DNA of 64,000 nucleotides from the human T2T-CHM13v2.0 reference genome, Homo sapiens (GCF_009914755.1 NC_060929.1), one strand, 5' to 3'; numbered from the stretch's first letter, positions 13,157 through 27,000 are shown. Program-made: numbers and translations. Notes: generated from the sequence alone by a model not told the origin.

Positions 13157-14934
13157 GTAATCTCTAATTTGCCCTTTGTTCTAACTTACAAAAGAGATTG
13201 GGGTCTATATCTTACTCACTATTGTATCTCCTGCTATATCTGGCACAGCATGTTTTACATGGGGCAGGCTCAGTAAGTGTTCATTGAATTTGTAAATTGA
13301 TTTGTGGTCAGTAATATTTGCAACTTTTGAGATTATCCTATTTATTTTTAATGTTGGCATTTTAAAAAAATCAGTTTGAACTAGACTTGCAGTTTTTTGA
13401 ATGGTTGGACTTTATGATTCAGATCCTAACTGCTATTTTTTCAGGTAGTATGTTAGATGATAATGATTATTATCATTACTGATATAAACAGTCACAGACC
13501 AAAACTCTTATATTCATTTTAATGTTATTTATATATATTTTGTTTATTTCATTAATTCTCATTACAGCCCTTTGAGATGGGTGATATTATTATCATCCTC
13601 ATTTTACTCATGAATACATTCAGCTATAGTTTATAATTTGCTCAAAGTAACATAACCAATAAGTAGCTACAGATGGGAACTGAACGCAGGTCTTTGTAAC
13701 TATTAAATCCATGTCCTTGAATTATGCAGTGCCTCCTGGCCTTTTTATTCTGCTAGTCCTTCCTGTAGGCCTTTACATGTGGTTTTCTTCAATATTGCTT
13801 GCATCATAATACGCATTACTGAAACACGGTGTCATGCCATTGTTTAGAGCAGTAATTCTGGTGTGTATACTACAAGAAAACTGTCTTCAAGGGTTTCTAC
13901 TCCTAAAGGTTCTGATATGCCTTTCTTTTTTGAAAATTAGTGAATACTGAGAACTAAAGGATTAGGTTTATAGTCTTTATTGTTGTAATTAAAACTTTAT
14001 AACCTATAAGCCTTACTTGCTTAACATAATTATCTATTTCTTACCAACTCTAACAATAACATTGAATTAAAAGCATATTATTATTATTCTTGTTTTTACT
14101 TCTTTAGCCATATGTTCCCTTATTAGTGAGCACGGTTTTGCAGGCTAATGTTGGACGCCTAGTAAGCACTCTACTTAATACCCCTTGCATTAAAATGTAA
14201 TTAAAATGGTGTGTATATGAAATATTTTGGTCATAACTTTTTGTTGCTTTTTATTGTATCCTTGAGTGATGTATTTGATGCCATGGATTCAATTTCCATT
14301 TACCTGTACACCAACATTCTAAACTCTAGGAGATAAGGCCAAATATTTCTCCTGGGCTCTTATCCCTTGTTCAGAGTTGCTTTAGGAAAGGTCTCTAGAT
14401 GTCAAAACTAAATTCATTTTTTTACAAAAACTTCATTTCCCAATTCCTTAACGTCACCAATCACTCTGTCACCTCAATATCTGAAGAGTCATCTTCTTTA
14501 GATGTCAGTGCACTAGTCTTGCATTGTTTATGATTCAAATTTATGCCTCATCAAAATGATTTACTATGTGTCATGATTCTGTGGTTATGTTTGTGAATGG
14601 ACAAAACCATGAATATTAGATCTAGAAATTGCCAGGGTTCCTTTTCATTGATGTTTTCTAAAGATGTCAAGTTTCCTTGCATACCCATACTTTCCTCACA
14701 GTTCCCCCACCCCTGTTTTTCCTTTTGCCAGGAGTATGCTCTCTCCTTAAAGTGTTTTTCCTTTAAGATTTAGGTCTACTATCACCTTCTACTACTTCTA
14801 CCTCCCCCTGCCACTGAACTCCCATCCAGGCTAAGCTAGGTACTTCTTTCCATGATAATCTGTCTATGCCCATCAAAACATTTATCCTACTGCATTACAA
14901 TAATTTATCTTCTTATCTGCTAACTATACTATTT

Positions 14935-15080
14935 ATTTTATGTAATCCCTATAACAACCATGCAATATAGATATTATTTTTCTTATTTTGTAGAATAAAG
15001 AAAGTGAAACTCAGAGAGGGTTAAATAACTCATCCATGATCATGCAATTAAGAGGTGGTAGAATCAGAATTTTGAACTGA
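14935..15080. mobile_element. MIR SINE fragment (further MIR fragments near 9170, 10360, 11980, 13560, 23240, 38590, 51630, 57060)
   Basis: MIR core-like ttttgtagaataaagaaagtgaaactcagagagggttaaataact. Confidence 0.7.
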
Positions 15081-18000
15081 GGGTTTTTTTAGCTAGTTAA
15101 GTCTCTCATATGATTATGAATGCTGTAGAAGCTGTCTCCTTCAAGCCCAAGACGTCTCAAAGGTTGGTGAGAAATTTCACTGGTAGCGTAGCATTCTGGG
15201 GTAGAAGGCAGCTGGGGAAGGCAGTTGGCCCGTTGTCCTTCCCTAAATCCCACAGGGTCCTGGATAGTTAGGTTGAGCAGCCTTGGAGAGCAAGGGCAGG
15301 AGAAAGTTTTTCTGTCAGTTTTTTGTTGAAGTTAAATTTCTAGTCTAAAGTAAGTTTTGTTCACAATTGCTTTGAGATAGACTTGACTAGGAAATTAGTT
15401 TGAATTTTTTCTATTTGTAACAGCAGCATGTGTTAAATGTTCAAAGATTATCTTCCTTCTGCTGCTTTCTACTGTACAAAATAGAAAAATGGTATGTTTA
15501 CATTATACTGAATATTGTGAACTTATACTCCAAAAGCAATTTGCGTTTCAGATTGAAATGTACAAGGATAGCAGCACAGATAGTGCTGTCTTTTTTTTTT
15601 TCTTTCTTAAACCTGAAAAACACTTTAAATACTTTTAGAAGGACTGAGTAAAATCTTTTCTCTCTGCCAAGAAAATTACAACCCAAATACCGTTCATTAT
15701 CAAATGAATATTATTATCCTAGTATTGTGTCATCATAGTTTTCTCATCTGGCTCTTTCGTAGGGGGTGCTTTGTAATTAAGTTATCATCAAATGCTTGTA
15801 TCTGACTCTCACGTCTATATCTCTAGGCTGGTTTACTCTTCTTTTCTCCAGCTGCTTATTGGACATTAGTTTATCAAGCCCTGGGGAAGTCTTAACTCAC
15901 TATCTTTTTCTTCTCAAACTTCTTATTTTGTGACTTTGTATTCCCTAGTGTCAATATCTTCCAAAGAAGGTCTTTAGATTCCATTGTGATTTTTCATATA
16001 TTTTTTCATTGCACTGTCCTGGCAATTTTTTATCCAAGATGTATCTCAAATCTGTTTTTTCCTTTTAATTTATTGTTGCTACTACCCTTGTTCAGCCTTC
16101 ATTATCTCTAGACTGGACTGGTGTGGTAGTCTATAGACCAGTTTCCCATCTCCCCTCTCTTCTTTTCCTTCCACTACCAGAGCAGCCTTCCTGAAGCTTA
16201 AAATGTTATTTTTACTGTCTCTTTACTATAGAAATAAGGCCAAATTTCTTGTCCTATTATTTCAAGATTCTGCTTTCATGACTGTCCTTCACCAACTCTG
16301 CTCTTTCGACTAGTACTTGTTAAACTTTCCTGGTGATAAAAATCACTTGACATATTTTTTAAAAATTAAGAATCCTAGGCCTTATCTGAGACCCACTAAA
16401 TTAGAATTTCCAAGCGAGGGGCCTGGGAAGCTGTACTTTTAATGAATTCCAGAGGAATTCATACCAAGGAAATGTAGGAAACACTGCTTTAGCAGATATG
16501 AATGATTTGCTGCTCTATATGTATGCCTTATTGTTTCCATTTTTTGTGCCTTTCTTGATGTTCTTTTTCCCACCTGAAATGTCCCATCACACCTCTGGAT
16601 ATCCAAGTCATATTTGTTTTCAACACCTGAAATGCCATCTTTTCTAAATGTCTTTTCCAGCTTTTAAAAATCTTTTTTTTCTTACCCAACCTTTGCCTTT
16701 CTTGTAATACTGTACATTTGCCTTTTAAACACATCTTTTTTGCTTTATTACAGAAGAAGCATATGACTGTGTTTGCATTGTACACTAGTCCAAAGTCCAA
16801 CATTATACCCTTTACTTTATAACTTATTAATTGTGTAGAGTCCTGGGCTGTGAGCTTGTTGTACATAGAGTCTGTGTCATCTTTGAGTGGCAGTGTGCTA
16901 GAATAGAAATAACATGGATTTGGGATCATACAAATTCATATTAAAACTTTAATTTCCCCTGACACCCTGTGAGCTTTGATAACTTAGTCTCTCTGAGCCT
17001 CAATTTTCCTTTCTGAACAAGAAAATAGTATGTCCCACTTACTGTTGTGAGTAAGGATATAGTTTTAATTTTGATTTATTATACAATACTGAAAAATGTC
17101 TTTGAAAGCCAAGTGCCTTAAAATATACTATACATTATAACTGGTATTTTAATCTCAGATAACTAAAGAATGTAAAATTTCTTTAATATGATCATAACCA
17201 TTATGTAGAATCTTATGCCCTTATGCCCAATCTAGAGGGCTGGTGAGAAATTTCATTATCAGCTCAGCCTTTTTGGGTAGGAAGCCACAATCTTGACACA
17301 ATTGGCCTAGTGGCCTTCATGAGCACTCCCATTGAGTCCTAGATAGTGGCTTGTGCAGCCCAGCCTCATTATTACCCACCAACAACCCATTCTTCACATG
17401 CGATTGGATCTTGGCACACTGCAGAATCAAAAAAGTTAAAATCTACAGAATTTAACTTTTTTGTCTGCTTTATGTAATGGACAAGTAGGTAAGTTTAGTT
17501 GGAGAAAATAGAGTAACAAGAACAATACTGTTGAAATTTACTGGCTTAGAGAAAGGGAAATTGTTTTTAAGTACATGAGATAAATTCTGGAGAGAATCCA
17601 AGTAGAAGTGTATTTTTGTTTATTTTGCTTATATACAGTTTTTTACACTACCAGCACTGTTCAAATACCTTGGTAAGAAGAGGGAAGACTAGCTTGAATG
17701 TTGGAAAACTGTGGCTAATAGAATATATTTCTTCAAAATTTAGCTTTACTATTTTTAAGTGTATGAAATGACTGGAGCCAAAGCCAAATAAGTGTCTGTT
17801 CTAATGACTAAGAATAATTTGCAGTTTCAGTGGTTGCATGAAATTAAATATTTCTAAAGGGCTTAAAAATAATTGTTTCATTCTTCATTTGTTTATCAAG
17901 TTTCTTTTTTCACTGACTGCACAGTATTAATCTTTATTCCAGAACCTTTCTGCCCGATCACAAGTTAATAATTGGTAAAGTCTGAATTGAGGCTTTACTT

Positions 18001-18269
18001 TATGTGAAAGGAGAAATAAGATTAGAGTCCTCTCTGGTTTATGGATTATCAGTGTGGGATTACAGACACCCCTTCACCCCACTCACTTATTCATGACAAG
18101 GTGCCTCTCCCACATGGGTTAGCTTTCCTTCATTATTTATTTCAGTATCTTTCTACTACCTGATAAAATCTCTTAGAATCATAGAATTTTATAGCTCAAA
18201 GGGATTTTGTCCAACTTCTTTTCTTTATAGATGAGGAAACTGAGCCTCTGGTTAAGTGACTTGCCAGAC

Positions 18270-18870
18270 TGACTTCATTTCCTTTTTGATAGGATTGCAT
18301 GATAGGGAGATGCCATAATAATCGTATCTTGAGTTCAGAAAAGCAAATTGTGAGACTCTCTCATGATATTCTTGTAGACAACAAGAAGAAATGTGATCTG
18401 GGAGATAGTACAGTCAGATAGATTTATAGCTAATTGAATACTTCTGACCAAAGGGTGCTTTGTTGTCAACTCATGCCAATTTGAACTAGTAATTTGAAAT
18501 GTAATAGGAGTACATGTAAATTCTGTACTTGAGTTCAATAAAATCAGCTGAATAGGTATGACATAATAGCCTGTGAGTCCTAGTTGAATTACTAAGAATA
18601 AGATCTCTGGAATAAGGATTTTAACATCCTCTGCATTGTTTAGATCATACTTGCAGCATTTTATCCAGTTGTGAACGTACTTAAGGAAGATCTTGACAAA
18701 CTAGATGCATCCAGAGGAAGGGAAATGGTGGGGAAGACGGGAATGATGCCAAAAACCACCTAACATAGGGAATGCAATGAGGAACTGGATATAATAATAC
18801 TTTAGAGAAATAAAACTAAGTGAAAATATGATCCTAGACTTCAAATATTTGAAATATTTTTATCTGGAAT
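18270..18870 (+). mobile_element. L3/CR1 LINE fragment (3' part probably resumes at about 20040-20320)
   Basis: CR1-like motifs gatattcttgtagacaa...gaaatgtg and cttgacaaactagatgcatccagagg. Confidence 0.55.
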
Positions 18871-19479
18871 ATTGCTCCCTTCATATTGCTTTCTTAAACA
18901 ATGCTTTTATTTGAATGTCTGTATTGGTTTAAAATTTATTCAGGAATCTTTACATGTAACTGAAATATAAATGTCAGGAAATATTTTTCAAGTTAAAGCT
19001 TACAATCAAGATAACTAGTTTTTATGAGGTAAGTTAAACAACAGGCCCATTTTAAAAGTATCTCAATAGCTAGATTTTTATTCAGTGATCAAATTGTGCC
19101 ACATTCACAGTGATACACAGAGCATTTCTTTCCTACAAGACGTAGTAACATTTTTACTTCAAATCCAGAGTTATAGAAGGGCTTTTTCCTCACTCAGAAA
19201 AAGTTATCTTGGTAGACCGTTTCGCCACTTTTGAGACTAAAGTAAGGATGTTTTGTCCTATTCTAGTTTATTTTATGAAATTAAACTTTCCCAAAAAAGT
19301 TGGGAGGCGGCCATGGCATGGAGAATGCTGCTAGGCTGTTTGCAAAGAGGAGGTCAGAAATGTTAAACAGTGTAATTTGTAAAATGTTTCTGCCTTATCA
19401 AATTGTATTCAACTTTAATTTGCTTATCTTTCTAGTTGTTTAGACTTAGCTAATTTTACAAAGGTGTTAACATATTTTA

Positions 19480-19970
19480 TTAATTTCGTATTACTGTTTT
19501 AACAAATTGCCATAAACTTAGTGGCATTAAGCCACTTTAAGCAAAACAAATTTAGTGTCTTATATTTCTGGAGGTCAGAAGTCTGCAATAGGTTTCACTG
19601 GGCTAAATATCAAGGCATTTGCAGGGACTTCTTTCTGGAGTCTCTGGGGAGAATCTATTCCCTTGCCTTTTTCAACCTCTAGAGACTGCCTGTATTCTTT
19701 GGTGTGCCCCTTCTTCTATCTTCAAAGCCAGCAATAACTGGTGAAGTCTTTCCCATGCTGCATTACTCTAAAATTGACTCTATTGCTTCCCTCTTTCACT
19801 TGTAAGGACTCTTGTAATTACATTTGGACCCATCTTGATAATCCAGGATAATGTCCCCACCTCAAAATCTTTCATTTATATGCAAAGTCTCTTTTGCCAT
19901 GTAAGGTGATATGTTCATAGGTTCTGAGGGATTAGGACATGGACATCTTAGGGGGCCATTATTCTGTCTA
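19480..19970 (-). mobile_element. MLT1 MaLR LTR
   Basis: aacaaattgccataaacttagtggc...ttctggaggtcagaagtc...gattaggacatggacatct...ggggccattattctg. Confidence 0.85.
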
Positions 19971-20133
19971 ATGAATGTCTAAACTAACTTTATATAGTAT
20001 GCCTAACAACAGGCCTTCTTTGTAGTTCTAGAAGGTAGAAGTAGGGTTGGTTGGATGGTTGGAAAATATACATAGATTTTTTTTCTCTCCAATCAGAGAA
20101 TTTCCTAATAATAGAAGCCATTTAAAAAGAAAT

Positions 20134-20138
<5 letters not shown>

Positions 20139-20177
<39 letters not shown>
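20139..20177. repeat. (GT)n microsatellite
   Basis: about 19 GT units. Confidence 0.97.
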
Positions 20178-20180
<3 letters not shown>

Positions 20181-20332
20181 TAATAAGCTCATTTGAGGTG
20201 TTGAGACATGGTTGACCAGTCAGCAGTGATGTCAAGGAGATTTCCTGCATTGCCTGGGAGAATAGATTGTGGCCTCTAAAATATCTTTTTTAACTAATAA
20301 GTTTTTCTGGTTCTGTGCTGAAGGTCTCTTAG

Positions 20333-20815
20333 TGTATTAGTTAGGGTTCTACAGAGAAACAGAAGCAGCCAATAGGATGTGAGAGAGAAAGAATAAAATA
20401 GATCCATTTATCTATTAATCTGTCACTTTATCTCTTTATTTATAGGAATTGGCTCTTGCAATTGTGGGAGCTGGCAATTCCAAAATATGTAGAGTAGGCC
20501 AGCATGCTGGAGACTCAGGGAATAGTTGATAAATTCAAAATACACAGGCTGGAAACTCAGGCAGGGTTTCTTTGTGACAGTCTTGAGGCAGAATTGTTTC
20601 TTCCTTGGGAAACCTCAGTTTTTGCTCTTAAGGCCTTCAACTGATTAGATGGGGCCCACCCACATTATGGAGTGTAATCTGCTTTCTCAAAGCCTACTAA
20701 TTTAAATACTAATCATATCTAAAAAAATATTTTCATAGCAACATCTAGACTGGTGTTTGACTAAACATTTGGGTACCATTGCCTAGCCAAGTTGACTCAT
20801 AAAATTATCCACACA
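20333..20815 (-). mobile_element. MLT2 (ERVL) LTR
   Basis: tgtattagttagggttctacagagaaacaga...aaggccttcaactgatt...gcctagccaagttgac. Confidence 0.85.
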
Positions 20816-20870
20816 GAGTTAGAGATTGAGCCCCAGACCTTCCAGTTTCTTGGTCAATGTTGCTCCTGTG

Positions 20871-21120
20871 TCCCTTCCTCCTCCCTCCCTCCCTCCCTCC
20901 CTCCCTCCTTTTCCTTCTTCCTTCCTTCCTTCTTCCCTCCCTCCCTCCCTCCTTTTCCTTCTTCCTTCCTTCCTTCTTCCCTCCCTCCCTCCCTTCTTTC
21001 CTCCTTCCTTCCTTCTTTCCTCTCTTTCTGACTCCCTCCCTTCCTTCCTTTCTTCTCTTTCTCTCCCTGTCTCCCCCGTCACTTCCCCCACCCCTTCTCC
21101 TCTCTCCCTCTGCCCCCTTC
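20871..21120. repeat. Polypyrimidine (CCTT/CCCT)n low-complexity tract
   Basis: About 250 bp almost entirely C/T. Confidence 0.97.
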
Positions 21121-23441
21121 TACCTGTATTCTATTTAGTCCCTACTGTTTTGCTGCCTCTTTGTTCTTGGATATGAAGTTCCAGATAACATAATTTTTCT
21201 GTGTCCCTCTGATTTTCATTTTTACATTTGTTTGCAGATAGTTTTGAATTTTCTGTGAAGCCCCTAACACTGAATTCACTAAATATATTTAGTATTTCAT
21301 TCATCAGCTAAACCTTTTAATTAGTCAACTTATTTTAAGCAATTTTTAAAACATTTAAAAATATATTTGGTGTTTGTTCTTCCTTTAAATTCACTGTTAC
21401 TTGACGGTATAAATAAGAACCTTAAAGTAGGTCATTAAGAAAGAATAGGCATTAAAGGGAAAAATGTCTGAATTCATTTTCACTCTCTTAAGGATTGTCT
21501 CCTAATTTCTTCAGTTCATCTCCAATTTGCTTTCTCTCCCTGCAGGATTCAGAGTCTACTGTAGTGGGAAGAGAGGCCTAACAATTTGGCTTTTCATATA
21601 TTTCTATACTAATTTAATTTTAAAAGTTAGTTAAAATTTGAAATGGTAATGATTATTAAAATTAAACACAGGTTCCTCCTATTGTCAAGTCTTATTTTAA
21701 ATTAGTGTAAAACAAGGTTTTTCTTTTTCCTTCCAGCTATTTAAAGTAAGTTTTGGAAGATAAACAAGAACCTTTTTAAAAAAATTAATTACTTTTTAAA
21801 TTAGCTAAATGGAGCTAATTAACATATGAATTACCTCACATGCTTATCATTTCTTGTGAGGAGAAAACTTAAAATCGCTCTTAGTGGTTTTCAAGAATAC
21901 AATACAAGAACCCATTTTAAAAATATATTAACAATGAAATTAACAATTGTAAACTAACATTCACAAGGAAGTGAAATAGTATAGCTCATTAATGGACCAA
22001 GAGCTTACTTAGAGATCTGAATTCTAATCTTGCTTTTGCTATTTATTAGTGTAAGTCATTTTCTGATCAGTGGACCAAAAGGCTAGAACAGAGGATCTGG
22101 GGCCAATTCTGACTGTGATGTTTATGATTGTGACTTTATAAGGGAACCAGGTGGGGAGAATTAATATAGGACTATTTCTGAAGGTAGATGAAAATAATCT
22201 GACGGCCAGAGATGCAGGAGGAAGGAATTTTAAGGAAGGAAAGCATGAACAAAAGATGTTCAGGCTTTTATTCTTGTTTAAGTTATTTGATGTTCACTGT
22301 ACACTTTTGCAGATAATCTCATTTAATTCTCTTATGTGAAATAGGCAAGGCTGCTATGATGATTATTCCCATTTTGTAGGCAATGTTTCTGAGGTCTCAT
22401 GAGATCACTGTGTTTCAACAAATGGTACATGTTTTAGACTAAACCCCATGGAATTGTGGAATACTACATTTTGAAACTCATTTGGTCCAACCACCATCTT
22501 TCTTCTTGTCCTGTCTTCTTTCTACTATACCACCTTCTGTTTTGTGAATATTTTCCCCCGTTTTTCATAGTCAGACAAACATTATCCAGTAATTAGATGA
22601 CATTTTGCTTTTTCATCACTCCTTAGTTTAAGTAAGTTTATGAAATTAGATATATAGATTAATTGCATAATTCAGATTCTATGACTTTTTAAAACTACAA
22701 ATAATAGCATATTTAGATTAACTGTTGGAGAAAATTTTGTATTATGAAATTGCACTATAAGCATGTTTTAATTGATTAACTCTATAGAGAGCTCCATATT
22801 AATACAGAAATTAAAATCTATTTAAGAGCCTGTTTTTCAAATTAAAAGTGGTGAAGGGAGCTTAAGGAAAAGAAGTGTTTTCATCTCTCTGTGTCTGTGT
22901 CTGTTTAAATGTCATTTAAACATTTTAGTTAACATACTTTGTAATAAATTTTCCCACATAAAATTTTCTTCAAAATTTTTCAAAGCAGAAATTATTCTTT
23001 CTGTCAACTCTAATCTCTTAACTATTCATTTTTATATGATTAGTTGGGAGTTGGGGTGGTGAGCATCTTCCCCCCTCAAGATACAGGGTGTAAGTTTGAG
23101 GTGTCCCACCCTGCAGTAGGGAAATCTGTAGAATAGGAGATTGCAGCTCTGAAACCAGGCCGGTATTCTGGGCCCATAGGGGCCTAGAGGAAAAGAAAAA
23201 TGGATACATTTAGATTTTCGATATATGGGTACTATTGTCAGACAGACCTGGATTTAAACCCTAGATCCTCTACCACTGACTAGTTTTGTGACCTTTAGTA
23301 AATTACTTAATCTCTTTAACCATCTGTAAAATGGGGCTAATAATTCCCACCTCATATACTTTAATTTGGGAAGAGAAGAAGAGAGGGTTAGCAATGCTAT
23401 TTGAAGCACAGTGCCTAGCACAAAGAATATACTTAATACTT

Positions 23442-23771
<330 letters not shown>

Positions 23772-24383
23772 CTACTTCTTAAACCTTTTTATATCTTGTT
23801 TCCCTTCTAAAATGTACATTTTTTGAAAACATGAACTTTGAAATTAAAGCATTTAATAAATATTTGGTCACTGATAAATATTCTCATGCTCAAGAGGCTC
23901 TTCTATATCTTTTTTTGTTGTTGTTGGTAAGTAGTTCCTCGGGGATGCACTTATCTTTTGCTTGAGTAACATTTTAAAAAGTGATTCTGTGCAGTATAGG
24001 TGGCATATTTGAAGAATAATAGCATGCATTTATTTCAATACTCTTGTGATGTAGCTTCTAAGTTATAGGGGTCATAAAAATTAACTAGTTTCATAGTATG
24101 CAAATTATTATGAGAATTTAGTGCTTCAAGTTGGTAATTCAACAGACTTCTTTTAAATGATATATCATTTTTTGAAAGAAAAGGTGTTTCTAAAATACTA
24201 TTTTCAGTCAATAGAAGAGTAAGATTCTTACTTATAAAACTTTAGTTTGTATTAAACTTTTCAGGAATACATCTTTTGCTAACCATATTATATCATTGCT
24301 AGGTTTTATGTAAATTTGTTAACTTGTTATTTAGGAATACTGTTTATTTCCCCCCTCATGATTATATTGTACATTCTTTGCAG

Positions 24384-24463
24384 AGCATGAAGGGCAAAAG
24401 CAAAAGTAGTCATGACTTGCTTAAGGATGATCCACATCTCAGTTCTGTTCCAGTTGTAGAAAG
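24384..24463 (+). CDS. CWC27: CWC27 exon 8 (80 nt): SMKGKSKSSHDLLKDDPHLSSVPVVE(S)
   Basis: tttgcag|AGC acceptor, AG|gttagt donor; KSSHDLL.DDP.LS motif. Confidence 0.96.
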
Positions 24464-25437
24464 GTTAGTCCATTGTTGGTATGATCCTAAGTTCTTAATT
24501 TTCTGGCTCAGATAATTTTCTTGCTTCTTCTGTGAGTAAACAGTCAGTCCTCATAAGTCAAAAATTTTTAAGCCAGCCAAAAAAATAAAGCATTTTGATA
24601 ACAGAGATAGAGAACTTCAAGCTTGATAGAGAGAAACAAACGCTCTAGTCACTTTCGCACTTGCTCTCTACCTCTGTTGAATGAATTACATTTAAAATTG
24701 TTTTACCATTACATGTTAGGACTAGAAACTGTTTGCTTTAACAGTGTAATGCTTAATTCAAGGTTGTTTTGCTACCTTTTCCTTGAAGCATTTTTGCCTT
24801 AATTGTATCATGAATGAACAAATTACAGTTAAAGGTTTTTGTGAAGAAGTTACCAGTTTGGGGGCCAGTCCACTGACTATAAATTCTCACATACTTTGAG
24901 GAGTTAACAGAAAGTTGTCTTGCTACCTTTGTTGCTTCTCTTTGAGAAGGGAAAACGTCTTGGTGTTAGATGTAATAGCACAAGATAAACTGGGCCAGTA
25001 TCTCAAGGGGCACTACAATGCTGTTGTACTCAGTTTAGCTCATTTTCGAAACTCCTGTTTTAAGACAATCTTTTCTTAATACCCTTCTATTTGAAGGATT
25101 TGGGGGTTTTTTTAGTCAGAATATTTCAAGCCAATAAAAGAAATTGTTTTTTGCAGACCATTGATCATAAAAATAACACTGTCGGTTGTTGTTTGCTTTT
25201 TTCCTTTCAAATTCTAGTGAACGCATATATTTGCTAATGAATCATACTTATTCCACTTATAAAAAATGACTCTAAAGAATGTTTCCATCTGTTCTATAAT
25301 GCCTTTCTTAAATTCCTATGTTGAAATACATTTTTGGAATGTTATTCCCAGCAAACTATTCTAGATTTTTGGGTTACAAAATAATTGTGTTAGTTTTACC
25401 TTGAAACTAAAATTTGTTTTGCTTATTTTTTTTATAG

Positions 25438-25468
25438 TGAAAAAGGTGATGCACCAGATTTAGTTGAT
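25438..25468 (+). CDS. CWC27: CWC27 exon 9 (31 nt): EKGDAPDLVD
   Basis: ttttttatag|T acceptor, GAT|gtaagt donor; required to restore frame between exons 8 and 10. Confidence 0.93.
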
Positions 25469-26129
25469 GTAAGTATTTATTTTGGTATTAATATAGTTTG
25501 AACAATTCATAGAAAGTACAAAATTTTTACAAAAACTTAATTTTGTTCTTAAAAAGTAACGTATATTACTTTTATAGTTATATATGTCAAATTTTGGAAA
25601 AATATGAAAAACAGAAATTATTTAGGTGTTAGAATATTTCCTTACTCTAGGGGTGTGCGTGTGTGTGTGTGTATATCTCTCTACAACATTAGAATCTTAT
25701 ATATGAATTTCTAGTCTGTTTTTTTCTCCCCCTCACATAACATTACGTTAATACTCAAACTTCAGATGTTATAAATTTATTGTATTAAAAGTTTAAATAT
25801 TGGTGTGTGGGCATCCTACATGATATATGGGAAATGCTTGGATCAGTAATTTATAGTAGTGTCTCCTTTTTATATACACATTTCAAAAGATTCTCATTCA
25901 AGAGTGTAGTGATCTTTATTAGTTGTAGTGGCTAACAAAGCTAACAAAACAGAAGGAAGATTTTCCTTTAATACATAAGAGTCAAGTTTTTCAAATTATA
26001 CATATGCCACTTTTTATATAAAAACCCATTAATCTGTGCATTGTATAATTTACTAGGAAGTACATAACTTTCCATGCATGAACACAGATTTATCTATTAT
26101 CACAGTCAAAAGAGAAGGCTCTCTATGGC

Positions 26130-27000
26130 TATCAGTAGTAGATAGAGAGAGGATGAATATCTGACCTTGTCAAGAAAAGCTTCCTGGAAGAGATGATGCT
26201 ATTTATGTCTTATATGAGAGTTAGGAGTTAGCTAAGTCAGAAAAGAAAGTGATGAAGGGGGTGAGGTCCCTCTAGCTCAGAGAATAGCATATGCTAAAGC
26301 ATGGAAATAAGGAGAGATCATACCTTATTTAGGAAATACAAACGGAAATTTAAAGTTTCAAGGAGTCTGTCTTGTGAAGAGCAAGGAAGAAGAGTATTGA
26401 AGGTAAGGGGAACTGCATATACAAAATGGTCCGAAGCAGGAGAGTTTGGTGTGTTCTAAGAGCTGCAAGCAGGCCAGCGTGAACAGGGTGTGGTGACAGG
26501 CCAGAGCTTCATTACAGAGCTTCATAGGCCATGGTGAGGGGTTTGAGTTTTTTCCTAAAAGGAAGTGAGGAACAGTTGAAAGGTGTTTGTTAAAAAGAAG
26601 GATGCTATGATCAATTTTGCATTTCAGGAAGATCACTATTGGCGATATTATAGAGGACAAATTAGAGGAAACAGACTGATACTGGGAAGCTATTGTAGGA
26701 GGAGAGCTTGATATAAGACCACAGCTGTGAGATGGGAAAGAGGTAGATTTGAAAGAGGTCTAGGAGGTGACTGATTCTACACTATGAGGTGAGGGAGGAG
26801 TAGTCCAAGACAACCACAAGGTTTCTGGTTTGAGCAACTTGTTAGATGGGTGCAAAAGAAAGCATAGGGTTGAGGTGGAGAAAAGGATGAAAAATAATGA
26901 GCTTAATTTTATACATTTCAAGATTGAGGTAATTTGGAGACATCTGTGTAACATAATATGGGTCTAGAAGTTAGGATCAATGTATAGGATAGAAAGTAAA
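26130..27000 (-). mobile_element. L2 LINE fragment(s) (another near 27440-27930)
   Basis: Purine-rich degraded L2 motifs (cataggccatggtgaggggtttgagttt; caaggtttctggtttgagcaact). Confidence 0.65.

Noticed and set aside
16528-16929. Longest ORF in the track (133 aa, minus strand)
   Set aside because: No recognisable domain; overlaps L2/MIR-like decayed sequence; length compatible with chance
20792-21176. Pro/Ser-rich and Arg/Glu/Gly-rich overlapping ORFs
   Set aside because: Artefacts of the CT-rich low-complexity tract
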